This document shows positions 13,558-29,143 of a stretch of 64,000 nt of DNA, in pieces (the stretch's first letter is position 1; each line of letters opens with the position of its first letter). The notes beneath the pieces were generated by a model. That model was not told the DNA's origin. It was given only the letters and a program-made list of their open reading frames with translations, and did not search any database. The translations under genes were made by a program, and so were the position numbers. Origin of the DNA: Trichosphaerium sp. ATCC 40318 (lineage: Eukaryota; Protista; Tubulinea); contig JALMLS010000403.1 of NCBI GenBank assembly GCA_038496445.1, positions 18,816 to 82,815 of the forward strand, written 5' to 3'.

Positions 13558-14288
13558 TTACATTCTTGGCCCTAAGAATGTTTGTAAATATGTATTAGAT
13601 ATGATTGAACCATACCAACCCTTATCATATCCATGTACACGAAGCACTTGTTCATTTGTTTCTGGGCAAATTAATGTTCCTCCATTATTAGCCCAAGATA
13701 TCTTTACTTTCAATAAGAACAATCACACCTTTACTCGAAACAACGTACTATACCACCATGAAGATTAAGAGCATACTTTCTTATATTGGCAGGTAGACTT
13801 AAGTGTGGTTAAGGCCGATGAAGAAAGGGCTGTAAAACTTACGTTGAAATGGCTCGCGAGCTTCTGTAACCAACTATTATCGGTTAAAAAGTTTTCATTA
13901 GGCGCCGCGTACCTGCACAATACACAGCAATGAGCGGCACGTTCGTTGTGTTGTTCGCGTTTATTTTCTCATCTATAAACGCTGTGACGCTATCAACCGC
14001 CATTAAATCATCATTGGGACTAACACGAACTGCATCTGGAATTGTAGAAACGTTTTGCTCATCAGGCTTGTGAAAAGCTAAGATTTAACATGTACACGCG
14101 CGCGTACCTCTCTGACATCAATAAGAAGCACATCACAGTTAGGATCACCTATTCTTTTCTCAAGCTCTTTCGCTCGTATCTCCTTCGCACCAAAACGTAA
14201 CGCAAACGCTGTTTGTAGCATTATTAAGTAGTTTCAATCGACAAACCATAAAAGTACCTGCAACCATCATGTCATAGCCCCAGCTCAT
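13558..14288 (-). CDS. Single-domain rhodanese-like sulfurtransferase
   Basis: The spliced product contains LLIDVRE.PDE..VSTIPDA, the active-site loop YCAVGYRS, NLHG..WANNG and VHGYDKGW. Confidence 0.8.
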
Positions 14289-14404
14289 TGTTGGCGTTAA
14301 TGAAGTGTTTTTGACAGAAGTTGACTTGCCTTTTTTTTTATTTGGCGTCAGAGCACGTGTTTTATTATCAAAAACAGTAGGTTTTTGTTGCAATGTTTTT
14401 TTAT

Positions 14405-15717
14405 TTAGGTCATGCAGCATCCTTTATCAGGCCACAGAAGTGGCATACATCTACAAGTTTTACCTCCGGTGTGATGATGGTGTTTGTGGTGGTGCTTATG
14501 GTGCTTATGGTGCTTATGATTGTGATGCTTGCGACCGTGGTGTTTGTGACCATGGCGTGTATGAGTTTCATTGTTCAAAGTCCGCTTTGTTGAATCTTGA
14601 AAGTAACAATTGGAAGGCACCTAGTGTTCATGTTAATTGATTTAGTGTCATAAACAAGGTTTTACAAACCTCAAATTGATCTAGGGCAGGTGGTACAGTA
14701 CTCCATGTTTCTACATTTAGCACCATGGATGATTTAACGCCATTCATCCATGTGTTTTGAACCTTTAACAAAAATTGGAATAAAAACCTTTTTGTCTCTA
14801 CAACTTACAAGGAGGGTGATTGTATCTGTTCCTTGTACTATTGTTTCTTTGGAAACTTCATCTCCATTGTAATACGCTATTAATGTATCAATAACCAACA
14901 ACTTTAAAATGGTTAAACAATTCTCAACATTTTTCTATCTTTTAGTCAAAGGGGTAAGTCTACCTTTACAGCTCTGAGTCCAGTTTCCTTCGCTCTTTAA
15001 GTATGAAGTAAGCTTTGATTGCATACATATTTATGAGTCGCTTGAGGGCAGGGTAAACTACCACACCCAGAATAACAAAACTTTTAAACCTTTCAAAAAA
15101 TTACAACGTACTTCAAGCCACTCCGCACATAGTACACAATTATGTGACTCTAGATCGCAAGAAGTTGTAGTATAACCATAACATTGCTGTATAAGTATGT
15201 AAGACTATCACCAGCGAAAAATATAAAACCACACGCGGTTTGGTAAATTGTTAAACTTTTCAACTTTTTTCAACGGAGAATTCTCAACTAACAACACGAA
15301 TATGTATGTCACGTACAGATCCTGTATCAGTCCACATATCACAGCTATTCTAAAATCGAAATTAAAACTAATTTAAAAACCATAGTTGAGCACTAGAGAC
15401 AACAACAGAAAAAAAGAAAAAAAAAATAATAAAAAAGGTACCCCATCTGGGTCCTCAAAATACCAATTTTGATAACCGCCACAGTCCTGGTCGATATATA
15501 CAGCTGTATTCTTTTTTCCTGAAGATAATTGTTCAAAACCCACGTGACCAGAAATATCTTCAAAACCGTCACAAGCAGTATAAAGCGTTCCAGTGAAAGT
15601 AAAATTCGTGAAACTAAAGCTTGGTGGTATGAGTTCTGGAACCAATCCAGATACCGCTTTAGTTTGGAAAAGTAGAATCACATAAACCAAAATAAGCCGT
15701 TGGTGCAAAATCGCCAT
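14405..15717 (-). CDS. Secreted ependymin-related (EPDR-like) protein with a His/Lys-rich, Cys-capped C-terminal tail
   Basis: Signal peptide MAILHQRLILVYVILLFQTKAVSG, a Cys-containing beta-rich body and the EPDR-like end PPALDQFEVPSNC. The tail reads HGHKHHGRKHHNHKHHKHHKHHHKHHHH...CRCMPLLWPDKGCCMT*. Confidence 0.6.
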
Positions 15718-17158
15718 TAAATTCTAGACTGTTATTACAGGTTGGAAAGTATTTTGAACTATTCTTGATTTGACTTAAAACAGTGGATATATCTAACTTA
15801 ACACTCACCGTTTGGTGTTTGTACCAACCCCTCTGCAAGAAGGATGAGGCGAATGCCAGCTTCAAGAAAACAAGAAACGAACACGTGTCGCCAAACGTAA
15901 GCGATATCAACGACTAAACTGTTACATAACCTTAAAAGCTAGGCACGCATAGTGCTTACAGAACGAGCTGACTTCTTAGTACAACTACGACATACTTGAG
16001 ATTAAGTAAATTTTTGTGTTGCACAACTGGTAGCTAACACAAGGGCCCTGACCACTGGTTCATGAACCAACACACTCTAATAGTTAGAACGTCAGAGTCA
16101 ATATTAGCGTACATGTTTATTGAAGGTCGTAGAAATCCTCATGACGCACAGCGTTTACACTAACTCACACGGTGAAACGCTTTAGTATACAAACGGCCAA
16201 TGCCCAATCGCTACATGGATTGATTGCTTTACACTTGCTTCCAAAATGCATAGTGAAATTCGCAATCTGAACTGTCATCTCGTATATTGTGAAGCGCTTT
16301 TGGACAGATTACAATGCTATCGTTCTCTGTCAGAGTGTATGTTGCGTCTTGCATGAGACTTAATTGAGGAGCTTTCCAAACGACTATTGCAGACATACGT
16401 TAAAACCGGAATAGTGATGACTGAACGTCAGTTTTTTGCGTACCTACACGAAGCTGACCTTTTGTAACATGTAAAACGCCCCATACGTGACCTGCAGTGT
16501 GGTTCATTGTTCTCAAGCTGCTTGGTATTGTTTGTTTGGTGTATTTAGCTGTTTTATTAGAATACGCTATTGTTTTCGCTGACACTAGGGCTGTAAAGTC
16601 AGTAACCCATTTTGCAGGCCCGTGTTGCGTCATCTGTACTGTAAATAGTAACTGACGATCATACCACCAACTGACGGTCAACGTGAATCAAGCCATCCAT
16701 GCTACGATATAGGTGGTATGACAGCAACAATATCTGATTAAGCAGTTTGCAAATTGAACCAATAAACCTAAAGAGGCCCAAATACCATCAACTTTTTTAT
16801 TTGTCTTGAACATCCAATTCATAAAGAACGCTGTGAGAGTATCAATTTTGTAGTAAGAATAAGAAACAGTTTACGAGCTTAGTGCGTAATGCAACAGGAC
16901 CAGTGAGTGACTAGAAGTGTGTCAAGTGTACTTTTATGATAAAATCGCTGGTAAGGCAAGGAAGTGCACTGTGTGGGGTTTTTCATTAGAAGCCATGTGT
17001 CGCTGGACCTCCGAGATTCAAGCAATTTAAGTTAATGACTGTAACAAAAATTGCACACAGTTCGTTGTCACCAAACTAAACTCAAGTTCATACTACTTAC
17101 TAGGTACACAAAAAGGTGCAACAACCTCTTTGTTGTTGCAAAGGATATTCTAGCAAAA

Positions 17159-17191
17159 TTTTTTTTTTTTTTTTTGTTTTTTTTTTTTTTT

Positions 17192-17222
<31 letters not shown>

Positions 17223-17545
17223 TTTTTTTACATTCTCGGGCTTCCGCCTTCGAATGCCATTTTTGCTAGATCTGTGTCATAGCTGGATATCATTATGATA
17301 TTTGATACGCCTGTAGGTGGGTAGTAGAGGTCTTCTACCTGTGGGTCCCAAGTCAGAGCGTATGTGTAGTTTGGTCTGGTAGAAACCAGGATGCTTTTAG
17401 GGACTGTGACCGTGACTTTAATCACTAATGGTCTGCCCAGGAGAGAATCGTATTTTTTACGAGCGTACTTTCGCACTGCTCGGAGTAGTCTTGACATGTC
17501 AAGCAGAAGTATAGATATTATAGTTGTAGTATTCGTATGCTTCCA
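17159..17545 (-). mobile_element. Possible retroposed fragment (non-LTR 3' end or processed copy) with a ~70-nt polyA tail
   Basis: An intronless minus-strand ORF (17228-17497) has its TAA stop running directly into A18-C-A16-C-A17-C-A17. No target-site duplication was found. Confidence 0.35.
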
Positions 17546-18767
17546 CTAGATAAAAAATCGATTTTCCTTTTAACCAAGTAATTTCTTATTGCAAAAAAAT
17601 TGTGGTTTGCTACGGTTTTTGAGAAAACCGAGCTAATACGTTGTACACGGTAATTGAAGCATATCAAGTCCAATCGTTAGTAAAAATACGGATTTCGATG
17701 TTGGGTTTTAAGATGTGGAGTTATGAAGTAAATCGAGAGTGGCTTGTTGAGAAACAAATGTGAAAAAAGTGAAATTCGAAAAAACACTTAAATGCAACTT
17801 ACAGTGGTTTCTGCGTTCCCGTGTGGTGTATCCTACGCGTATTTTGACACTATTCTATATTTACAATGGATAGAAAGTCAACGAAAAAAAATAAGAACCG
17901 AGAATTTGCGTAATCAACCTTTATTTACTAGTGGTATGTTATTAACGTAAAGCAAGGTGTTTTTGTGTTGTTTTGATCTCAAAAAAGGTGATCTTTCTGT
18001 TGTAGCTTCTCTCAAATGCTTGTCGCTCAAAACATGGCCCAATTTTATAACGTAAATGAATCATAGCGTTGGTGACGGTTTGAACCAGGTACCTGCCTTT
18101 TCGGTTCAAAAAAAACGTGATCGTAACGTTACCGATTTTCTGTTTACTTTTGCTCTAAAACCAGCTTGTTTCTAATATAAGAGATATTCGTACTACTGTG
18201 ATGCCACTGTAACCTTTTTGGCGCTCGTTCAATTCAAAATAGCGTATGCCTTTCTTTTGTAGACTCTAATGCGTTAGCGTGAGCCATTACGTGTACCTCT
18301 TAGGTTCACGGTCCTTTAAAGCTCTTTTTAGCAGGTTCTACGTGAACCAAAGTGATCACAGTTAAAAAGCGGTTCATCAGCTTGTCGTGACAACTCATAG
18401 AATATTCGCGCTTCCGTGATCCGCATTATGCTGATTGGTTACAATTTGGTATTTCGCACATGCTAAATACTGCCTAGGATCTCGATAGACTTAGTTCGCT
18501 CACAACAGATACAATGCATGAATGTTCAAAGGCCTTAAGCCTCATTTCAGATAAGGCGGCACCTTGCATCGAATTTCAGCCTTACATATCCGTGTCTTCA
18601 GTTGTTTCCAGCTTAAAAAGAAACACGCGATTGTATTAAAGCGAAGAAAGCGAAGAAAAATACTAGCAACAGTTGTAAAATCTACAAATCAATTTTATTC
18701 ATGATAAGAAAAGAATTTGTCACCTTTCTCAAATTCTCTCTAAATTTTTTTTTTTACACGCCACCAT

Positions 18768-20485
18768 TTAGAGAAATACAGCAACGGTTCCAAGAGCAAC
18801 AACCATTGGTAACAAGAATATCTTAGTTAGGAAGAAAAATAAGATACCAAGAGCAATAGAAATTGGTAAAGCTGGTAAAGCTTTCTTTGCGAATGCAAGA
18901 AGAAGAATAGTCATAAACAAGCCCTAAAGCACTCATTAAGCCAAGCTGAACAAAAACACGTTTTCCATGTTTTACGCACCGTTATAACAGCAATAAAGCA
19001 TGTAAATACAGTCAACATATCGAATAGAGCAGCTCTACCAACGAGTACACTGTAAAATACAAAATCGCCAAGACCAAGCTTTACACCTCTCTTCCTCTCA
19101 GGTTGGTCATTCTCATCTTCATCACCTTGTGCCATAAACATCCATGCAGATGCTAGAGACAAGACGTCAGTACTTTCTTTCATTAAAAATAGGTCTATGA
19201 CACTTACCACTGTAGATAAGCGCAGGTATAGGTTCATCACGCTCTTGTGCGGTCTCCACCAATATTTTTAGAGGCCCTTGAGGACATAAAACGGCGAATA
19301 AATCATAAATCTAAACGGTGTTACTAAAAATTGAGGAACGCTTTACAATACCGCAATAGCACCCAGTAAACACCAAGTAGTCCATTCTGGAAGCTGTGTG
19401 AATACAGTTGCCTTTAAAGAAAAAAATCAATACAAACGCACTAATGAAGCTCAAACAGCGTCGTAACGTACCAAAATAACAGAAACAGCAATAAGATATG
19501 CTTGATTAACGCGAAGGCTTGCGTGCCAGAACACTGACACTAAACCTACTGCAGCAAAGTTCCATGCAAGTATAGCTGTCGTTATCCAATCCAAAGGGAT
19601 GTTCAGTGATTGCATTGTTACGCTCATTGAGTTAAGAACCATTTTAAAACATTTAGAACGCCTTGAAGTTGGAATAGAAATAAAAAAAAAAGCAAATCAT
19701 CACAACCCCAAAAAAGGAGCTCGTGATCTCTTTCCAAGCGTCATAGGATACTAGAATAATCCGCCGCCAAATAAGCCAAGCATCATACCTGTCGATAGCA
19801 ATAGCCATCCGTAGATAATCTATAGTTTGGGGTGTTAAAGAAAATTCCAATCTTGTATTTAAAATAAATACCTTTAAACATCGATAATAATATAACGCAA
19901 CGAATACAACCGTAACCAGAATGATAATAACAACAAAAGCTATCGCGTTTACGATTGCTTTACCTAACTTTGCCCAAGTGCTATCTCCAGCTTGTTCTGC
20001 ATAAGGTAGTGCAGATCTAGACGTATTAGAAATGCCAATAAACGCGCCAAGTACCCAACAGAGTCACCACCAGGAATATGTGCTGTGCGCACTATAAGTA
20101 TCACAATAACCATTGTAATGGCGACAGGCACGAGAATTTGCATAACGGTTTGGGCTTGGTCTTCAATTACTTCGCCGTCCTCAAAAACTTGCCTGTTCGA
20201 TATTAATAGTTACCGCTTTATCAAAATTTTACCTTCTTATGCTGTTTGGAGCTACATCATCATTTTCGTCAGCTTCTGTTGTTGGTTCGACAAGTGGTGA
20301 TGCGTCAATTGTTTCCTTATATTATTAGACGCTAAACAAAAACGTTTGGGGAGAAACCATCGCACTTCAAGTTCAATTTGCTCAACCTCGTCGTCATCCT
20401 TCTTTTTATCATCAATAGGGCCAAGAAGAATATCACTCTTGTCTGGATTGTCCAGAAGGCTAACGTTTTCCTCTGGATCGGCCAT
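18768..20485 (-). CDS. PSEN: Presenilin (gamma-secretase catalytic subunit)
   Basis: Catalytic YD ([14 protein letters not shown]), [18 protein letters not shown] and PALP motifs, with multiple TM helices. Confidence 0.95.
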
Positions 20486-20573
20486 TTTGTCGACTGTCAA
20501 ATATTCTGACCCAGACGAAGGTTGACTTGCCCACAACTGTTTTTTTGCTTAGACACTTTACAATGACACTACA
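20486..20573. promoter_or_regulatory. 88-bp head-to-head interval between the presenilin and MLH1 start codons (bidirectional promoter)
   Basis: Divergent ATGs at 20485 (-) and 20574 (+). Confidence 0.6.
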
Positions 20574-23500
20574 ATGAAACCAAAGGGGCAAAGGAAGATA
20601 CTCAAACTTGATCAGACTGTTGTTAACAGAATAGCCGCTGGTGAAGTGTTACAACGACCAGCAAATGCCATCAAAGAGTTAATGGAGAACTCTCTAGACG
20701 CTGGAGCCACCAATATTTCAATTCTAATAAAAAGTGGTGGTTTAAAGCTAATTCAAATAAAAGACAACGGACACGGCGTTTCTGTGCGTTTATGAGCGTA
20801 TAAGACTACTTTTAACAAAACTTCAGAAAGAGGACTTACCTTTGTTATGTGAGCGCTTCGCAACATCAAAACTGCGCAATTTTAACGACTTAAAAACAAT
20901 AGACACATACGGATTTCGAGGTAATTTGTTTACTTCCTCATCACTTAATTGACTTGTAAATGCGTACAGGAGAAGCTCTTGCCAGTATATCTCATGTGGC
21001 TCATATAACAATAACGTCTATGCCTCCAGGACAGAAATGTGCATACAAGTACTCAAATTTTTTATTCTCAAAATTCTTCAGTTGAATTAACTGTTTACTC
21101 TTTCAGAGCAAAATACAGAGATGGTAAGTTGATTCCACAACAAGGTAGGAAGACATCAGATCCTGTACCTTGTGCTGGCGTTAAGGGCACTCAAATTTCG
21201 GTTCGTTAGCCACGTGGTGTTTGTCTTTTATTTTTCTTGGTATGTTTCTCATTAGTGGATCTTTAGATTGAGGATTTGTTTTATAATTCGTCTGCAAGGC
21301 GTAAAGGCATGAGGGATGAGAACGCTGAGTATAGGCATATCGTTGATGTCGTTACAAAATATGCTCTACATAATACAGGCGTAGCATTCAACCTTAAAAA
21401 GGTAGCAACACTCTCGCTTTTTTTTGTTCACGCCAGACATTTCTCATTTTTTTCTTGCTTAGAAAGGCCAATCTAAACCAGACGTCCATACGTATGACTT
21501 GACTGTGTTACACTTTATACTAATGTTTTTGAATACGTAGAATGAGACACAACACATTAGTTACTAATACAAAAATACTATTCGGACAAGATGTAGCAAA
21601 ACAAATGACAAAAATTGAATACAAAGAAGCAAGTCATATTAACTTTGAGTTCGAAGCATGGGTATCAAAACCTGGATATAATGCTAAAAAGAATGTCTTT
21701 GTTCTATTTATTAACCGTACGAGTTTTTAATGAACAAATATCACGTGACATTTTATATTAATGCAAATGTTAGAAAGACTTGTAAATTCTCCTGCTGTAA
21801 AAAGGGCAATTGATTCAGTGTATTCGTCCTACATGGGAAAAGGTTCTATTATACTCTATGTTGTTATATTTATTGTATTTTTAGGTAAACATCCTTTTGT
21901 TTATATGTCATTAAAGATGCCTGCGAATCACGTGGATGTAAATGTGCATCCAACAAAAAGTCAAGTTGGGTTTTTGAACGAAGCAGAAATAATTAGTAAA
22001 ATTCAAGAAGTGTTTGAAGAGCGGTTAGATGCTGCAAATGTACAACGAACTCTCTATACGCAGGTATCTCATATATCTTGTTAAACCACCAAACAACTCA
22101 TTAACAACGTAGACATCCCTCAGCGATACAACTAAGGCAGTAAAAAAACCTAAACTAACAACAAATGATAGTCAACCAAAGCCAATAGCACAACACAAGG
22201 TATGCAACTCATAATTCTAATTTCTTCACAATGCCTTTAATGACTTTTGTTTTTTGTCTACAGATGGTTCGTACTGATTCAAGATCACAAACAATGATGT
22301 CATTCTATGATAAAAAAAGTACATCACTAAAACGTAAAAATTCTGGATCAACACTAGTCAGGTAAAACCATCCCACTACAGTACTATCTTTGTTTTTTCT
22401 TCATCATTCTATTCAAAATTTTCTACACTATCATATGTAGTATCCATCATCGATGATCAGAAATACTTCTTCAAGAGGAGATACAATTTATTTTTGTGTT
22501 GACGATTTGCTAACAATTTTCTTGCAAGATCTACTTCAGATTTGAAGAAAAGAAAATTAGACGTGGATAGCAGTATGAGTATGAGTATGAGTGTTGATGC
22601 TTCACTTGATGAAGCACTAGCAGGTGTGAACGATTTAGATGATGATGAGCCAGGGATCTCGATAAAACCTCAAATAAAATTAAAAAATAGGACAAAAGTT
22701 CAGTTTACGAGTATCCTCAACCTTTTACAAGTACGAGTTCCAAATACACTATACCAATGCCCACTAGTTACTAACGGTTGTTTTTATTGTGTTAGGCATG
22801 TCAAGAGAAGAGTCATGATGGTTTAAAGACAGTTTTTGGAGATTATTCTTATGTCGGTTTTATAAAGCCAAATCTTGTTGCTTTACAGCACTCAACTAAA
22901 CTTTACCTTTGTGATATTACATCAATAAGCAAGAAGCTTATATATCAAGAGTTTTTGCATAATTTTGGAGAATTTGGGGTACGCAGTATTACTTTAGAAA
23001 CAATAACTTAAATGCTTCTTGAAAACAAAACAAAAAAAGAGTTTGAACTATCATGATATTTTTGAGACTTACAAGGCTTATAGACGATATCCTTATCGAG
23101 CGGTGCACCCTTGAAAGTTCTAATTCTATTGGCTCTCGAAGATCCTGAAACAGGATGGGATCAAGCTGATGGCTCAAAAGAAGAAATAGCTGCTGTATGA
23201 AAACACCTTCTTTTTATTTAAACAACTAACATTTTGTGGCACAAAATAGAGTATTGTAGCAACATTGATGCAACGAAAAGATATGCTCCATGAATACTTT
23301 GCAGTTGAAATAGACGATGACGGTGTACGTAATACTTTATTCTAGTATCTCGCAAACAACTCAAAAAAAGCTCAAAATTCCCTTTCAATGAACTTTGCAC
23401 TAACCTCGTCAAAGGTACTCCACAGTCTCCCTCAAATCTTACCGCATTATGTACCTGATATGCTAGGATTAGCAATGTTTATTTTTCGCCTTGGTATGGA

Positions 23501-23741
23501 AGTAGAATGGGGAGAAGAACGAGAATGCTTTCATAGTGCAGCAAAAGAATTTTCTAGATTTTATTGCTTACACCCAGTCGAATCAGAAAATCAATACGAA
23601 TCACGTTGCGAACTTGTAGAGCACGTGTTTTTACCTATTATGAGACAAAGATTTTTCCCACCAAAGTCATTAGCGAATAAGGGTAAAGTTGTTCATGTTT
23701 GTAGTCTTTCAAAGCTGTATAAAGTATTCGAGAGATGTTGA
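20574..23741 (+). CDS. MLH1: DNA mismatch repair protein MLH1
   Basis: [48 protein letters not shown] and C-terminal LYKVFERC*. Confidence 0.97.
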
Positions 23742-24000
23742 TAGAGAAATGCTGAATAAAGAAGGAAAAAATGTATTATTTGTACAAGTGTTTTTGTTTA
23801 CTTACAAAAAAAGTTTGAAAATCATCAACACGTGGTTGTGTATGTACAGGCGCAATAGCTGTGTTTTGAGTTTTTGTGGTTATGATCTTGATTGTTCTGT
23901 TTACATATAGTGGTCTCCTTTCGTTTTTTTGAGAAAGGCGTCCAGAAAGTGGTCAGAACTGTTCGGGTTTTTTTTTGTCTACTTTTCATTGGTTTTTTTT

Positions 24001-25931
24001 CTAATCAATATGTATGCATTGTGGTTGTTGTTGTTGTACAGGAAGACCAGACCATCCTCCTCTTGGACCATAAGACATTGATTTATCGTAAGATTGTGAT
24101 CGTGGACGCTGTTGTTGGTGCTGGTGAGGAGAAGGAATATAAGCTTGATGTATTTGAGGTTGAGGTTGCTGTTGTGGTTGCTGTTGGTGTTGTTGCCAAG
24201 TAGCTTGTATATTAACTTGTTGTGCGTATGAAGCATTTGTTTGTATTATACGCTAAAGAAAAAAAAGTGTGAGCACGTGCCTTGGAGATGAAAAAAACAA
24301 AAAAACCAGAAAACAAAAAGAAAAAACTACGTACTGTCATTAGAACATCTCTGTTTGTATAAATAGGTGTTTCACCACGTGTTCTTAAAATCTGAAAAAG
24401 TATTTTTGTTGGGACTTGTAGAAGCTCTTGTCGTGTCCAAAAATGAGATGCATTTCTTTTAGCTTGTTCTATAGATACATTAGTACTCATCAAAACAACA
24501 AACTTGAGTAAGAAGTAATCACGTTATTAACCGTGAACAAGAGAAAATGAAAACGAAAAAAAATTACCTATTTCTAATTGTGCGTCGTAGAACTTTCTAA
24601 CTGAAGGTAGACGACCACCATGATCTTGTATGTGATTATTATTGGTTGGTTGCTCAACAATCTGTCCAATAGAAGGTAGACTAACTGATGATATGTTATT
24701 ACTCTTCGAAGTATTTGGTATATTCGAATGAGAAGAAGGGGCATTAACATTTGTATTAGGATTAGCAGAACCGACATTTGTCATTAAATTATTTATCTCA
24801 TAAGCTATAGCCAATACTGCATTTTGATTCTGTGGACCAGCATTCATTTCATCTCTGCATAGAATATAAAAGTCCTTGAGCACGTGGATTGCATGATCTA
24901 AAAAAAGAAACAAAAACGTCAGCAGTTTTTCAATAAAATTGCCAAAAAAAAACGGAAAAAAAACAACTATTTTCGCGCTTCGCTCAGAACCAACCTCATA
25001 AAAGTGTTCACAGAATACAGTTTTACGCTTTTGTTTCCGTAGAGTAGTTAAACTACGAGCTCAAACCGGAGTATAGAATTTTCTGAAAAAACCAAAAAAA
25101 AAAGGCAAAGGAAATCTCCTTTGTTTTTGAAGTACTTTTTGGCTTCAGCCTACGTACTTGTCTTTTGTGAAATGGCGTGATTACCAACACCGAGCTCATT
25201 TGTGATTTGAATTTGCATTTGAACTACAGCAAGAAGCTGAGCATAATGAGAACAAAGCTGTGTAAGACGCTCATCTTCAACTGGAATTAAACCTCCACTA
25301 TAAGTTTGTCTCAGTTGCCTCATCAAGGATGTCATATAAGACGTCAATGCCTCGCTAGTGTTCTATAAACGCATGTGAGATATTATAGACTAATAATAAG
25401 GTCTTACGACAAGCTGATGGAGCACGAAGGGATCTGACTTTGTTGTTGTGCCAAAAGGGTATTTAGGCGGTTCAATAGCTGCTTGTGACCTTATAAAAGG
25501 TAAGTACATGGTTTAAAATGACGTAGATGGACGAGAACGAAATTTCCAAAACATTTTTGTGTTTTTTGATTAAAACTTTCTACGTTTTCACACTTTACTT
25601 TTCTAAATACGCACAAAGCTTTACTCTCTAACACAGTCTTTTTAGTGTTATATTTAGTGCACGATCTGGTACGCTTACTCCTTTTTCCGCCGTGTTTTCG
25701 TACTTCCCTATTCCCGTATCCACCGTGTGTTCTAAGCACATATAAGTTATACGCACATAAAACGAAGGCCGGAAATGACTTTATGGGGTTTTTGAGCGAA
25801 AACAACAAAAAAGTTGAGTAAATAAGACAGAAAATACCGTACGGTTGATCTACTGTAGGCACACAGAACTTTGTACCACTTTGAAGGGCTATTAGCATCT
25901 CTGCGCCACATTGTTCTACTTCTGTCGCCAT
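24001..25931 (-). CDS. Putative transcriptional regulator with N/Q-rich regions and a SAP/HeH-like helical motif
   Basis: Spliced multi-exon frame with LPSI/LPSV motifs, WTRQELLQVPTKILFQILRTRGETPIYTNRDVLMTRI and a poly-Q/P tail. The function is inferred only. Confidence 0.5.
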
Positions 25932-26768
25932 AGTTGTTTGTTTGTTTAATTATGTGTTTAAATAGTAAAAAAAAAGAGCCGGACAAACGTGTGCTTGTGA
26001 GTTGCTGTAATGTTGGTGTTCGTTCAACAAAGAATGTCTCAGCAAATTGGGAACAATGATTCTTGAATAGGAAATAGGTGTCTTTCGGCATCGATATTGT
26101 TGGGTGTGTTAAAGGGAAAACAAGCGCTATGGATCCTTTATTTTACGGTTTAAGCAAAAACCAACCATAACTGTTTACGACGCAGTAACACCAATCAAAC
26201 GTACGCTATACGTACTTGTACGTGATTTTAAGCGTACAACAGGCAATTTACTATGTCTCCTTTTCTATCGTACTTTTGAAGAAGTTCATGCACAAACCGT
26301 GCTAGGTGCTCTTTGGGCGAATAGAAATCAAACACGTGAGGAACAAGGCGGTATGGCCGAAAACACACGAAAAAGTGTACAAAAAGGTGTGCAGTGTTAA
26401 AGGACGGAGATACTATGGTTGTTTTTAGTTGCACTACACTTCATTAATAAAGATCTATGGAGGTACTAAAAATGACAATTTAAACAAAATTCGGACAGAT
26501 TTGATAGCAAAAAAGAACAAGTACAAAAAGGGGTTTAAACCAACACCAATCAAATATGACAAAACCTATTCAACTAAAAAAAGCCGAAGCCTTAAAAAAA
26601 AAAATGTACAAAACTTTAAAAACGTACAACGTTATTAATAATAGCTACGTACAACAACAATAAATGGTATCGCCATTAAGGAGAAACTATCAAAGTTCCA
26701 CAGTTAAAATAACCGCAAAGGGTTGATGGTCGTTTTTTCTGTTTTTTACGCAGTTTCTTTGATTAAAG

Positions 26769-28761
<1,993 letters not shown>

Positions 28762-29143
28762 GTGCAACCACCAGTGCGTACTAGGCTAGCGCTTGCTCGT
28801 TCCAGTCTATATGCGCGTAAAATTCATTAAACGACTTCTCGCTGTGCGTCGCAAGCAAAGTCTCTTTTTGCCTTCGCGAAAAAGACGAAATTTCCTGAGC
28901 TACACATTTTGAAACTAAAGCGAATTGATACTCCGCAGTTATACTACGTAGCGCTTTGCGTTGGGTTTGGCTATAAAAATTCGCTTGGTAAGTGCCTAGT
29001 CATCAAACGCTGAATTACTCAGACCGTACGCACATTAAATTTACAACACTGCTTGCCTTCGCCCGTTCTGTGACGCCTGCACAATCCGGTAATTCTTTAA
29101 AACGTGCTTAGTATTTTATGACTGGAAAGCACCATTTCCCATA

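Noticed and set aside
16400-16681. 93-aa ORF in the gene-free gap
   Set aside because: It has no recognisable motif or splice context.
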